Notes: generated from the letters alone by a model not told the origin. DNA of 64,000 nucleotides from Bacteroidales bacterium (GCA_045112395.1 JBGUHW010000021.1:4482-68481); one strand, 5' to 3'. Counted from the stretch's first letter, positions 10,307 through 20,589 are shown. Numbers and translations: made by a program.

Positions 10307-10622
10307 CCGTCAGCTCCCTGACAACTGTAAAATTCTTGCATTTCTAGCAAAATTTCTATGTTAATTAGTGCTTATAAAATTTTCACGAAAAAATTTATAT
10401 TTATTTGAGGATCGTGAAAAAAATGAATTACTTTTGTCACATTGGTGATAGAGTTGGTAACTTTATCGTCAATTAGTGATGATATAGAGGAATTAGGCAT
10501 ATTATTAACTTAATACCAGAAAGGAGTTTTTGTATAGCGTTTTATACTTTGCAGATGACGGGATTATGCAATGTACGAAATAAAAAAAGGAAACAATCCC
10601 AATAACAATAAAATAATAAACA

Positions 10623-11057
10623 ATGAAAAGAAAAATTTTTATATTACTATTTATCGGGATGGTGGGTGTGATGGCATTTAGCGGGTGCGAAAAAAAATAC
10701 ACAACACAAAATGATGGGGTTGAGATTGTCAAAAAAAATATTTTAGGAGAATGGAAATGTACGAATTATAGGTATACTAGGGATGGAGTATTAAAACTTA
10801 TCTTTGAGGAAGATTCCATTCAAATTATTAATACAACATCGCAAAAATCTATTTTTGATAATAGAACATATTGCGGATTTGATTTCGCTGAGGACACGAT
10901 GAAAATGTATTATTATATTGATGAAAATAATTATTTGCTGTATTTACCATTTACATTTAGTTTAAGTAATAGCAGACTGAATATGTCTTTTTTAGGAGGA
11001 ATGTCTCAGCCTGGAGATATGCCAGATAGTGATTATAAATTTAAAAAAATTAGATAA
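10623..11057 (+). CDS. Hypothetical small lipoprotein
   Basis: Signal peptide plus lipobox (AFSGC). Very AT-rich coding sequence with two A8 runs. No family recognised. Confidence 0.55.
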   Translation: MKRKIFILLFIGMVGVMAFSGCEKKYTTQNDGVEIVKKNILGEWKCTNYRYTRDGVLKLIFEEDSIQIINTTSQKSIFDNRTYCGFDFAEDTMKMYYYIDENNYLLYLPFTFSLSNSRLNMSFLGGMSQPGDMPDSDYKFKKIR

Positions 11058-11072
11058 TGAAAAAAGTATTTC

Positions 11073-11094
11073 TCTGCGACCTTTGGGATTTGTA
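11073..11094 (+). repeat. Right copy of the 22-bp direct repeat (tctgcgacctttgggatttgta)
   Basis: 20/22 identical to 10284-10305. Confidence 0.75.
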
Positions 11095-11180
11095 CTCCAG
11101 AAGGTGAGAGTATAAGGATATTTTATCCGATACAAACATAGTAAACAATGCGTATGTTTGTAGCAATTATATTTTAAACA

Positions 11181-11211
11181 AAAACGACAGAACAAATTGT
11201 CCTGTCGTTTT
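11181..11211. terminator. Bidirectional hairpin terminator downstream of the minus-strand lipoprotein gene
   Basis: aaaacgacag/ctgtcgtttt 10-bp stem. Confidence 0.7.
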
Positions 11212-11231
11212 TGTATGCTTTAGTTTTATGC

Positions 11232-12164
11232 TTATTCTTCCTTCAGCACATCCAGAATACTGAAAATTTTGGTTTCGCCGTACGAGTCGGTTGCCCAAAC
11301 GCGACCAATCTTCTTGTCAATCTTCGTAACCGTGTAGCCAGTCCTGAAGCTGCCAACAAAGTTAGCCATAATTTCATCACCTACATTTATGTCCTGCTCG
11401 AGAGGAACAACCTTGCAGAATTCCTTCTTATATACGGTTATTTTTCCTGCCCAGCCCGACAAAAGCAAATACTTGTCGGCTGCATTTATAAGTGTGAAAA
11501 TCTTGTAGCTTCCATCAGCATTGACGGTAACCTGTGCGCCAGGTTGCCATTCATTGTTCTTTAGCACGGTGAATGTGTTAGGTCTCAACTGTTCGTTGTT
11601 GTGGTCGTTTGCAAAGCCCTTGCCATCGTCAGTCCAGTCCATATCCAAGTAGCAAACTTTTGGCGATGAGGGATTTGAATCGTCTGTAACGATTGCACGC
11701 TCCATTCCCGAACCACTTTGCCACCATGTGAGCACAATGTCGCCTTTCTTTGCTGTCTGTCCTTGTGGAAGCGGAATTATCAATGCATTAGGCATTTCGA
11801 TGTCTTGTCCCATGCTTGTTACTACAGACGACTTTTCGCCAATACTTTTGAGGGTGGCATTGTAAAATATGTAGGTTTCCTCGGCTGGGTCGTTGGATTC
11901 CTTTAGTTTGTCGGGATAGAACGAGTGTATCGACAAGACGGTCTGTCCTTCGGCTAATCCTTCATTCTTGGCCTCTTCGGGGAAATACCAAGGGAAATCG
12001 GATGCTTCGATAGCCTTTTCTACATCTGATTTTTCTTCTTCGGTTGCCTCCTTATTCTCCTGTGAACCATTATTGCTGATATTTACACCACTGGAAAAAT
12101 TACAGCCGCTTAACAATGCCATCGAAAACAGCATTGTGGCTACAAATAAAAAATTCTTTCTCAT
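11232..12164 (-). CDS. Hypothetical lipoprotein
   Basis: Start chosen at the internal ATG giving MRKNFLFVATMLFSMALLSGC (lipobox). No family recognised. Confidence 0.65.
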   Translation of the reverse strand: MRKNFLFVATMLFSMALLSGCNFSSGVNISNNGSQENKEATEEEKSDVEKAIEASDFPWYFPEEAKNEGLAEGQTVLSIHSFYPDKLKESNDPAEETYIFYNATLKSIGEKSSVVTSMGQDIEMPNALIIPLPQGQTAKKGDIVLTWWQSGSGMERAIVTDDSNPSSPKVCYLDMDWTDDGKGFANDHNNEQLRPNTFTVLKNNEWQPGAQVTVNADGSYKIFTLINAADKYLLLSGWAGKITVYKKEFCKVVPLEQDINVGDEIMANFVGSFRTGYTVTKIDKKIGRVWATDSYGETKIFSILDVLKEE

Positions 12165-12377
12165 ATTCGTACTTATTAATATTAGTGTCAACAAAAATAA
12201 TTCTCTCTGTTTAAATGGCAAAATGTTTTTGTAGACATGTTGCTAATGACGGACGTTGTACGCAATGCTGCCATAGATTTTGAAATTAATTCGGCACAAA
12301 TCATTGTGCCGCTACAAATTGAACATTTTCTCTTAATTCATGTACAATCGTGTCATGGCGCGATTCTACATGAATCA

Positions 12378-13301
12378 TCAAACCTTCTTTATGATTTCGT
12401 CCAGCCTATCCATCGACCAATCCGGCACATATTCTTCGGAATTGCTGCTCAGTTCCTGAAAATATCCGTTGTGCAGACCGCATTGCTTGAAATGAGAACA
12501 TATTTCATCATATTCGCTTTGCTCGAGTGTTCGTCCAAGCAGCGGATGTTCCTTGACATCTGCCGTTGGAAAATATTGAGCCATAAGGCTTACATATATG
12601 TTGCGGTCGAAAGAGGCAAGGTAGTCGAGCACCTTTTTGCTGTTGTCGAGATTGCCTGGCAATACAAGGTGTCGCACAATTACACCGCGGCGAAGCATTC
12701 CGTTTACAAAGACATTCTTTGGACGCTGGCGCTTCATCTCGGCAATGGCAGCCGTAGCCACCTCGAAATAGTGCGGGGCAAATGAATACTCAACTGCAAG
12801 CGAATCATCGGCATATTTAAGGTCGGGCAGATACACATCTACAAGCCCTTCGAGACGACGTAGCTGCTCCACCGATTCGTATCCGTTGCTGTTGTATACT
12901 ATCGGAATTTTAATTTGAGGCTTGTATTTTTCAAGAGCCTCGGCTATTTGTCCTGTAAATTGCGTTGGACTTACAAGGTTTACATTTTCGGATCCGACAT
13001 TTTGCTGATATAGCATCAATTTGCCAAGTGTGTCAACCGAAATTTCCCGTCCGTAGCTCGAACGCGATATTGTGTCGTTTTGGCAAAATATGCAATGCAG
13101 GTTGCATCCAGCGAAAAAAATGGTTCCGCTTCCGTGCGTTCCAGAAATGCAAGGCTCTTCCCACTCGTGTATTCCTACGCGGGCGACGGTAAGGCCTTTT
13201 ACACGGCAGAAACCAGCCTGTTCAGCACGGTTTACCTTACAATTTCTCGGACAAAAACTACATTCCATTCCATTGCACATTTGTCGGCTGCAAAAATACA
13301 T
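12378..13301 (-). CDS. Radical SAM protein, PflX-like (homolog of pyruvate formate-lyase activating enzymes)
   Basis: CNLHCIFCQN (CX3CX2C) plus an extra N-terminal Cys cluster (CPRNCKVNR...FCR). Confidence 0.85.
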   Translation of the reverse strand: MYFCSRQMCNGMECSFCPRNCKVNRAEQAGFCRVKGLTVARVGIHEWEEPCISGTHGSGTIFFAGCNLHCIFCQNDTISRSSYGREISVDTLGKLMLYQQNVGSENVNLVSPTQFTGQIAEALEKYKPQIKIPIVYNSNGYESVEQLRRLEGLVDVYLPDLKYADDSLAVEYSFAPHYFEVATAAIAEMKRQRPKNVFVNGMLRRGVIVRHLVLPGNLDNSKKVLDYLASFDRNIYVSLMAQYFPTADVKEHPLLGRTLEQSEYDEICSHFKQCGLHNGYFQELSSNSEEYVPDWSMDRLDEIIKKV

Positions 13302-13389
13302 TTTATTTTTAGGGCACTGGCAATAAAAAAGATTTCACATCGTTTTTTACGATATCGAATAAAAAATTTCAATAAAAAAATAAAATGAT

Positions 13390-13397
13390 TATCTTTG
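13390..13397 (+). promoter_or_regulatory. -7 box (TAtcTTTG) upstream of efp
   Basis: TAnnTTTG 26 nt before ATG 13423. Confidence 0.35.
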
Positions 13398-13422
13398 CGC
13401 CCTAATTTTAGAAATATATTAT

Positions 13423-13986
13423 ATGGCAACAACAGCAGACATTAGAAAAGGTTTAGCAATGGAACTCGAAGGAAAGCTTTACCTTGTAGTTGATTTTCAG
13501 CATGTAAAACCAGGCAAAGGCGGAGCATTCGTCCGTACAAAACTTAAGAGCCTCGAAAATGGCAGAACCATTGACAAGACTTTTAACTCGGGTGCATCAA
13601 TAAATCCAGTAAGAATAGAGCGTCGTCCGTACCAGTTCGTATATAAGGACGATATGGGATACAATTTCATGCACATGGAGACTTTTGAGCAGATTGCAAT
13701 TCCTGAAGATGTTATTGATGGTGTAGAATTCTTGAAGGAAGGTCAGGATGTTGAAGTTGTTGTTCATGCTGAAACAGAAACTCCGCTTTCATGCGAACTT
13801 CCTCCATTCATCGAGGCTACCGTTACATATACAGAGCCAGGTTTGAAGGGTGATACAACAACCAACGCACTTAAACCAGCAACAATTGATACAGGCGCTC
13901 AGGTGATGGTTCCTTTGTTCATCGAAATTGGTGAAAAGATTAAAGTTGACACACGTACAAAGGAATACGCTGAAAGGGCAAAATAA
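13423..13986 (+). CDS. efp: Elongation factor P
   Basis: 187 aa with an EF-P signature ([15 protein letters not shown]). Confidence 0.95.
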   Translation: MATTADIRKGLAMELEGKLYLVVDFQHVKPGKGGAFVRTKLKSLENGRTIDKTFNSGASINPVRIERRPYQFVYKDDMGYNFMHMETFEQIAIPEDVIDGVEFLKEGQDVEVVVHAETETPLSCELPPFIEATVTYTEPGLKGDTTTNALKPATIDTGAQVMVPLFIEIGEKIKVDTRTKEYAERAK

Positions 13987-14001
13987 TCTGTCGGTTTGAA
14001 A

Positions 14002-15036
14002 ATGTACGAAACGGACAATAAAAATACATTCAATGCATCAGATGTAATGCTTCTTATATACAAGAAGAAGATACATCTGTTGATTGTCTGTAGCGTGGCT
14101 CTAGTAGCATCTGTTATTGTCAGTTATCTCATTCCTGAAAAGTACAAGTCTACGGTCGTATTGTACCCTGCCAATTCCACTTCAGTGTCGCAGACACTAG
14201 CCACCGATATGAATACCGAAAAGGGTTTGTTGCAATTCGGTGAAAATGAAGAGGTGGAACAAATGATGCAGATGCTTCAGTCGAACGACATTAGGAATCG
14301 AATTGTAGAAAAATATAATCTTATCGAACACTACAGGATTGATCCTAATACAAAATACCTCTATACTAAGTTGTATGACAAATACGATGACAATGTAAAA
14401 TTCTCTCGTACCGAATACACTTCGGTAAAGATTGAGGTACTTGACGAAAGCCCAGACACTGCAGCATTAATAGCCAATGACATTTCGTATTTGCTCGATA
14501 CGGTATATTCGCGCATGCAACGTGAAAGAGCATACAGGGCTCTTAAGATTGTTGAGAATGAAATGCTGGAGCAGGAAGTTTTGGTTAAGAACATTAGCGA
14601 CTCGCTTGAGAAATTGGGAGCTCTCGGCGTGATAGAAGTAAAGTCGCAGGCCGAAATGTATAGCGAGCAGTATGCTATTGCATTGGCTAGCGGAAATGCA
14701 AGCCGTATAAAAGAGTTGAAAATGCAACTCGATACACTTGCAAAATATGGCGCTGCCCATACGATGCTAACCTCACAGCTCAAAGAGGAAGTTCAGATTC
14801 TGACACTGAGAAAAAACAAGTATAGAGAAGCAAAAATCGAACTCGAGCAAGATTTGCCTAATGCGTTTATAGTCAACAAGGCCGAAAAAGCAGAAAAGAA
14901 ATCGTATCCTATACGGTGGCTAATTGTGCTGACAAGTGTTATAGCGACATTTATGCTGACATTAATTGTCTTCGCAATAATCGAACCTTTAAAAAAAAAG
15001 AGCGGAGACAACCTAGAAGCGATAAAAAAGGACTGA
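14002..15036 (+). CDS. Wzz-like polysaccharide chain-length determinant family protein (paralog 1)
   Basis: N-terminal TM followed by PEKYKSTVVLYPAN, a long coiled periplasmic region and a C-terminal TM. ATG at 14002; the track ORF starts at TTG 13996. Confidence 0.7.
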   Translation: MYETDNKNTFNASDVMLLIYKKKIHLLIVCSVALVASVIVSYLIPEKYKSTVVLYPANSTSVSQTLATDMNTEKGLLQFGENEEVEQMMQMLQSNDIRNRIVEKYNLIEHYRIDPNTKYLYTKLYDKYDDNVKFSRTEYTSVKIEVLDESPDTAALIANDISYLLDTVYSRMQRERAYRALKIVENEMLEQEVLVKNISDSLEKLGALGVIEVKSQAEMYSEQYAIALASGNASRIKELKMQLDTLAKYGAAHTMLTSQLKEEVQILTLRKNKYREAKIELEQDLPNAFIVNKAEKAEKKSYPIRWLIVLTSVIATFMLTLIVFAIIEPLKKKSGDNLEAIKKD

Positions 15037-15080
15037 AAAGGGAGATAATTTTTTACACAATACTACCAAATTACGAAACT

Positions 15081-16016
15081 ATGGAAAGTTACTTCAAGAC
15101 AAAAAGCATTTTCAAGATCATTTCTAAATGGAAATGGCACATATTGATAATAACGGTAGTAGCCACAATTCTCAGTATCGTATTTTCTGCTCCGTATTTC
15201 ATACATCCAAAATATAAGTCATCGGCGACATTATATCCTGCAAATATTGTATGCTATTCGGACGAGTCAGAATCAGAGCAGATGCTTGAAATTATGACTT
15301 CAGACGATATAAAGTTTTCGATAATTGAGCAATACGACTTGTACGAGCATTATTACTTGGATTCGACAGCAAATGGATCGTTGGCAAAAATGATGAAATA
15401 TTACGACGACAATGTCATAATAGAAAAAACGCCAAATGATGCTGTGAAGATAACTGTCTGCGATGAAGATCCGCAGGTGGCTGCCAATATGGTTAATTCA
15501 ATCATCGAATGTTTTGACAATTTGGTATTGAAGAACAATGCTGAAAAGTCGGAAGAATTGTTCACCATATATAGTTATTCGCTAAAAGAAAAGGCTCATG
15601 TAATTGATAGCCTTTCCGACTTGCTGAAAAAATATGGAACCGAATACGGAATGATTGATGAAAAATCGCAAACGCGAGCATATAGCGAAGCTGTGGCACA
15701 AGGACGTGCAAGTGGCGATGCAACAACCATCCTTAATAACTGGCAGGAATATGGTGCCGAATACAAAAAGACAGATTCGCTTCTAAACAATACAATACTG
15801 AGGTATAACAGGGACTTGAAGGTTTGCGAGGACGCAAAACGAGATATGAATAAGAAGCAAACGTTTTCAAACGTTATTTCGAAGCCGTATCCGGCCGACA
15901 AGAAATTCTACCCTGTACGCTGGCTTATAGCTCTACTTTCGGCTATAGGCGGTTGCCTAATAGGAATATTAGCTGTTGCAATAATTGAAGGTTGTAGAAA
16001 GCCCAAGGAAGAATAA
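15081..16016 (+). CDS. Wzz-like polysaccharide chain-length determinant family protein (paralog 2)
   Basis: Same architecture (PKYKSSATLYPAN ... C-terminal TM). Start placed at ATG 15081, because the track ORF extends upstream into paralog 1. Confidence 0.7.
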   Translation: MESYFKTKSIFKIISKWKWHILIITVVATILSIVFSAPYFIHPKYKSSATLYPANIVCYSDESESEQMLEIMTSDDIKFSIIEQYDLYEHYYLDSTANGSLAKMMKYYDDNVIIEKTPNDAVKITVCDEDPQVAANMVNSIIECFDNLVLKNNAEKSEELFTIYSYSLKEKAHVIDSLSDLLKKYGTEYGMIDEKSQTRAYSEAVAQGRASGDATTILNNWQEYGAEYKKTDSLLNNTILRYNRDLKVCEDAKRDMNKKQTFSNVISKPYPADKKFYPVRWLIALLSAIGGCLIGILAVAIIEGCRKPKEE

Positions 16017-17490
16017 GTTGACACCGAAGGCAAAAATAATAACATTTTATGCGCTTGCAGCCGTATTTATCATTATCGACTGCTTTCTGATTGCAAAATA
16101 CCAGACGTATGCATTCAACTTGCTACCGGTTGCGCTTATCGTAATTGGTGCAATTTTTTTTGCTTTCGACAGGGTATTGCTTTTTTCGGTAATGTGCATA
16201 CCGTTCTCCATTCCGATAAAGGTGTTTTATCCCGATATGGGATTTAATATTGACATACCTACCGAACCTTTGTTCGTGGGGGTTATGTTGATATTTATAC
16301 TCAAACTATTGATAGAGCACAAATATGACCGCAAAATACTGAAGCATCCGCTATCGGTAATGGTAATATTATACATTTTATGGCATCTTGTTACCGTATG
16401 CACAAGCACAATGCCACTTGTGTCGCTTAAGAGCTGGCTGGCATCGCTATGGTTTATATTGCCATTCTTTTTCCTCGGAATACTTTTGTTCAAGAACGAA
16501 AAGAATATATACAGGTTCTTTTTCCTTTATATAGTCCCGTTCTCTGCTCTTATAATAATTACACTCGTTAAGCATTCGGCATATAATTTCGACCAACATA
16601 TAGGAAACGGAATAATGAATCCTTTTTTCAATGACCACACATCATACGGTGCGGCAATTGCGATGTTCATACCATTCTTGTTGGGATTTTCACTGAATAG
16701 GGAAGTAAATTGGAAGTGGAGAATCGTTTCTGCCGTCCTGCTTGCCATTTTCATTACGGGACTTATTTTCTCTTACACAAGAGCGGCATGGATAAGTCTT
16801 TTTGGCGCCCTGGCAATGTTCCTGATCCTAAAGCTGAAGATAAGCAACAAAATAGTTTTTGCATTAATCATTATCGGTATAGGCGGGTTCGTGCTTATGC
16901 AGGACAAGATTCTGATAAAGATGGAAGGTAACAAGGTGGAATCGTCAACCGATTTTTCCAAGCATATTAAATCCATCAGTAACATAACCTCTGACGCATC
17001 GAACCTGGAAAGAATAAACCGTTGGAATTGTGCAATAAGAATGTTCAAGGAAAAGCCAGTGTTTGGTTGGGGACCAGGAACATATCAGTTCAAATATGCT
17101 CCGTTCCAGCATTCAGACGAAAAGACGATTATCAGTACAAATGCAGGAGATGGTGGTAACGCGCATAGCGATTATCTGGGTTCGTTGGCCGAGTCTGGTC
17201 TTTTAGGGATGCTAAACTATATATTGGTTTGTATAATAATATACATTACCGGAACACGAACCTATCACAGGTTAAAGGACAAAAAGCTTAGAATGATAGT
17301 GGCGTCTGCATTGTGTGGACTTGTCACTTATTTCATTCACGGCTTGCTTAACAACTTCCTCGACATTGACAAGATTGCCGTTCCATTCTGGGCTTTTGCC
17401 GCGATGATTGTGACGATTGATTTGTTCTATGCCAAGAAAGAGGACGAGATTCCTGCTGAAAACGTAGTACAAGACAAACCTGAAGAATAG
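15985..17490 (+). CDS. O-antigen ligase/polymerase family (Wzy_C-type) polytopic membrane protein
   Basis: More than 10 predicted TM helices. FSYTRAAWISL motif and a large periplasmic loop. Non-ATG start, TTG at 15985 or 16018. Confidence 0.75.
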   Translation: MKVVESPRKNKLTPKAKIITFYALAAVFIIIDCFLIAKYQTYAFNLLPVALIVIGAIFFAFDRVLLFSVMCIPFSIPIKVFYPDMGFNIDIPTEPLFVGVMLIFILKLLIEHKYDRKILKHPLSVMVILYILWHLVTVCTSTMPLVSLKSWLASLWFILPFFFLGILLFKNEKNIYRFFFLYIVPFSALIIITLVKHSAYNFDQHIGNGIMNPFFNDHTSYGAAIAMFIPFLLGFSLNREVNWKWRIVSAVLLAIFITGLIFSYTRAAWISLFGALAMFLILKLKISNKIVFALIIIGIGGFVLMQDKILIKMEGNKVESSTDFSKHIKSISNITSDASNLERINRWNCAIRMFKEKPVFGWGPGTYQFKYAPFQHSDEKTIISTNAGDGGNAHSDYLGSLAESGLLGMLNYILVCIIIYITGTRTYHRLKDKKLRMIVASALCGLVTYFIHGLLNNFLDIDKIAVPFWAFAAMIVTIDLFYAKKEDEIPAENVVQDKPEE

Positions 17491-17849
17491 TGGCTGCTCA
17501 CAACGAACTCGGAAAACTTGGTGAAGACATAGCTGCAAATCGGCTAACTTCGGAGGGCTACGAGATTCTTGAGCGCCAATGGCGGTACAAGCACAAGGAA
17601 ATAGACATTATTGCACGAAAAGGTGGAATATTGGCGATTGTCGAAGTGAAAACCCGCAGTTCGGAGCAATTCGGCGGAGTGTCAGATTTCATTACACAAA
17701 ACAAGACTAAATTCCTTGTCGAAGCTGCCGATGCATACGCAAGGCTTTTGGGGTCAAGTTGTGAGATTCGCTTCGATGCGATTGTCATTTTTGTAATAGG
17801 TGACGAATACAAGGTTGAACATATAGAGAATGTTTTCATTTCACAATAA
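17490..17849 (+). CDS. yraN: YraN family (UPF0102) endonuclease-like protein
   Basis: GExxAxxxLxxxGYxIL.RNWR.. and EIDIIA...IVEVKTR pattern. GTG start overlaps the upstream stop (TAGTG). Confidence 0.85.
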   Translation: MAAHNELGKLGEDIAANRLTSEGYEILERQWRYKHKEIDIIARKGGILAIVEVKTRSSEQFGGVSDFITQNKTKFLVEAADAYARLLGSSCEIRFDAIVIFVIGDEYKVEHIENVFISQ

Positions 17850-17860
17850 AATATAAATAT

Positions 17861-18784
17861 ATGCAAGCTATAATTAAGACATTGGTACTGAGTTGTTTTG
17901 CAACAATTGCAACATTATGTTCAAATGCACAGATAAAACCTACGGCAACTTACGAATTTGCAAAGCGCGATAGTTCGCTGTATCTCGATTTCTACAAGTC
18001 GGCGCACTCTGCCGAAAATTATACCGTTGTATTTGTGTTTGGTGGCGGATTTATCAGCGGAGCACGCAACGAAGGGTATTACCTGCCATATTACGAGAGG
18101 TTGGTTGACAGTAGTTTCAATGTTGTTGCGATCGACTATAGGCTCGGTCTGAAAGGAGCTAAGAATATTAGTCCGGTAAACCGCAAGCCGTTGGAAGATG
18201 CAATAGCTATGGCTGCCGAAGATTTGCTTACCGCAACCAAATACCTGATTGATCATGAGAAGGAATTGCAGATTGACAGCCGTAAGATAATACTTGCTGG
18301 TTCAAGTGCTGGTGCGATAACGGTTTTGCAGGCCGACTATGAGCTTTGCAATCGTACTAAACTTGGACAAATCCTGCCCGAAGGGTTCCGCTATGCCGGT
18401 GTCATGTCGTTTGCTGGTGCAATATATTCCAAGAAGGGAAAAGTGAAGTATCGCTGTCAGCCGCCAGCGCCGACAATGTTCCTTCACGGTACTGCCGACC
18501 GTCTTGTAACATACAAGCAGATAAAACTATTCAATATAGGTTTCATTGGTAGCAGCAAGATTGTACCGCAGTTCAAGAAAAAGGATTATCCGTATTATTT
18601 TGTGCGCTACGAAGACCTTGGTCACGAGGTGGCAGTCCGTATTCTTTACGATTTCGACAAGTCGATGTGGTTCATTGACAACTACATAGTTTGTGGTGCA
18701 AAAATCAAGCGCGACGATCTCATCAACGATCCTACCATCGAGCGACTAAAGTTCGGTAGCGCAAAACCATCGGACTTGTACTAG
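17861..18784 (+). CDS. Secreted alpha/beta-hydrolase (esterase/lipase-like)
   Basis: Signal peptide, FGGGF oxyanion-type motif, GSSAGA nucleophile elbow and a late HG/His region. Confidence 0.8.
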   Translation: MQAIIKTLVLSCFATIATLCSNAQIKPTATYEFAKRDSSLYLDFYKSAHSAENYTVVFVFGGGFISGARNEGYYLPYYERLVDSSFNVVAIDYRLGLKGAKNISPVNRKPLEDAIAMAAEDLLTATKYLIDHEKELQIDSRKIILAGSSAGAITVLQADYELCNRTKLGQILPEGFRYAGVMSFAGAIYSKKGKVKYRCQPPAPTMFLHGTADRLVTYKQIKLFNIGFIGSSKIVPQFKKKDYPYYFVRYEDLGHEVAVRILYDFDKSMWFIDNYIVCGAKIKRDDLINDPTIERLKFGSAKPSDLY

Positions 18785-18828
18785 AAAACTTTTTTCATTC
18801 TCCCGATACATAAATCAGAAATTTTATG

Positions 18829-18836
18829 TAGGTTTG
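18829..18836 (+). promoter_or_regulatory. -7 box (TAggTTTG) upstream of pruA
   Basis: TAnnTTTG 39 nt before ATG 18875. Confidence 0.35.
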
Positions 18837-18874
18837 CAAATCAAAAAAAATTAACAAAACAAAATAAAATTATT

Positions 18875-20515
18875 ATGAATAACGCATTATTCTCATTTAG
18901 AGAGCCTAAGAATGAACCGGGATTCTCATACGCACCCGGAACACCAGAAAGAAAATTATTGCAAGAAGAACTCGAACGTCAGTTCAACCAGTGCATCGAA
19001 ATTCCTTGCATCATTGGCGGTAAGGAAGTTAAGACCGGTGACATGGGCAAGGTTGTTATGCCTACCAATCACAAGCACGTACTTGCAAAGTACCACAAGG
19101 TTGGCAAGAAGGAAGTACAGATGGCTATCGACGCTGCTTTGGCAGCTAAGAAGCAGTGGGAAGACACCCCATGGATTGAACGTGCTTCCATCATGATGCG
19201 TATCGGTGAACTCCTTTCAAAGAAATACAGATATGTCATCAACGCTGCTACTATGCTCGGTCAGGGCAAGAACCCGATGCAGGCAGAAATCGACAGCGCA
19301 CAGGAAACTATCGACTTCCTCCGCTTCAACTCGTACTTCGCATCGAAGATTTACGCTCAGCAGCCAATTTCCGACAATTCGGTACTCAACCGCAACGAAT
19401 ACCGAGCAATGGAAGGATTCGTTTACGCAATCACTCCTTTTAACTTCACATCAATCGCTTGCAACCTCAACATTTCTCCAGTATTGATGGGTAATGTAAC
19501 CATTTGGAAACCAGCAACAACCGCTATCCTTTCCAACTACTACCTGATGAAGATTTTCCAGGAAGCAGGTTTGCCAGATGGCGTTATCAACTTCCTCCCG
19601 GGCAAGGGTTCTGTTATCAGCAGCGTAGCTTTCACATCACCGCACCTTGCAGGTATCCACTTCACCGGAAGCACATCTACTTTCAAGGCATTCTGGAAGC
19701 AGATTGGCGACAACATCGACAAGTACAACACTTATCCAAAGATCGTCGGCGAAACTGGCGGTAAGGACTTCATCTTTGCACACAAGTCGGCAGATCCACG
19801 CGAACTCGCAGTTGCAATCGTACGTGGTGCTTTCGAATTCCAGGGACAGAAGTGCTCGGCAGCTTCTCGCGCATACATTCCAAAGTCGTTGTGGGATGAA
19901 ACCTTGAAGAATGTAAAGGAAATGATGAAGACCGTAAAGGTTGGCGATGTATTCGACTTCACAAACTTCGTAAACGCAGTTATCGATGAAGAATCGTTCG
20001 ACAAGATTGCCGGCTACATCGACAGAGCAAAGAAGTCGCGCAAGGCTAAGATTGCTCTCGGTGGAACATACGACAAGAAGGTTGGTTATTTCATCGACCC
20101 GACTATCATCGTTACAACCGATCCGCACTACGAGGCAATTCAGGAAGAAATGTTCGGCCCAGTTATCACAGTTTTCGTTTACGACGACGACAAATATACC
20201 GAAACACTTCACCTCTGCGACGAAACTTCACCATATGCACTTACAGGTTCAATCTTTGCAAAGTGCCGTTACGCAATCATCGAAGCAGAAAACGTACTCC
20301 GTCACGCAGCTGGTAACTTCTACATCAACGACAAGCCGACAGGCGCAGTTGTTGGCAACCAGCCATTCGGTGGAGCAAGAGCATCGGGTACCAACGACAA
20401 GGCAGGTAGCGAACTCAACCTCTACAGATGGATTAGCACTCGCTCAATAAAGGAAACATTCTGCCCTCCGACAGAATACGGTTATCCGTTCCTCGGCGCT
20501 GACAAGAAGAAATAA
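18875..20515 (+). CDS. pruA: L-glutamate gamma-semialdehyde (1-pyrroline-5-carboxylate) dehydrogenase
   Basis: 546-aa aldehyde dehydrogenase. ETGGKD, FEFQGQKCSA (catalytic Cys) and the typical N-terminal FxxPxNEP. Confidence 0.9.
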   Translation: MNNALFSFREPKNEPGFSYAPGTPERKLLQEELERQFNQCIEIPCIIGGKEVKTGDMGKVVMPTNHKHVLAKYHKVGKKEVQMAIDAALAAKKQWEDTPWIERASIMMRIGELLSKKYRYVINAATMLGQGKNPMQAEIDSAQETIDFLRFNSYFASKIYAQQPISDNSVLNRNEYRAMEGFVYAITPFNFTSIACNLNISPVLMGNVTIWKPATTAILSNYYLMKIFQEAGLPDGVINFLPGKGSVISSVAFTSPHLAGIHFTGSTSTFKAFWKQIGDNIDKYNTYPKIVGETGGKDFIFAHKSADPRELAVAIVRGAFEFQGQKCSAASRAYIPKSLWDETLKNVKEMMKTVKVGDVFDFTNFVNAVIDEESFDKIAGYIDRAKKSRKAKIALGGTYDKKVGYFIDPTIIVTTDPHYEAIQEEMFGPVITVFVYDDDKYTETLHLCDETSPYALTGSIFAKCRYAIIEAENVLRHAAGNFYINDKPTGAVVGNQPFGGARASGTNDKAGSELNLYRWISTRSIKETFCPPTEYGYPFLGADKKK

Positions 20516-20534
20516 GATTTATTTTTTCAATATG

Positions 20535-20561
20535 AGCGGAGATTTATTCTCCGCTTTTTTT
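20535..20561 (+). terminator. Intrinsic terminator after pruA
   Basis: agcggag/ctccgct stem plus T7. Confidence 0.85.
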
Positions 20562-20589
20562 ATGACAACTATATACAAGACTCTAATCA

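Noticed and set aside
12237-12785. 182-aa plus-strand ORF and 11211-11564 plus-strand ORF
   Set aside because: They are antisense to the radical-SAM gene and the lipoprotein gene respectively, and have no motifs. The opposite-strand genes have clear signatures (CX3CX2C; lipobox).
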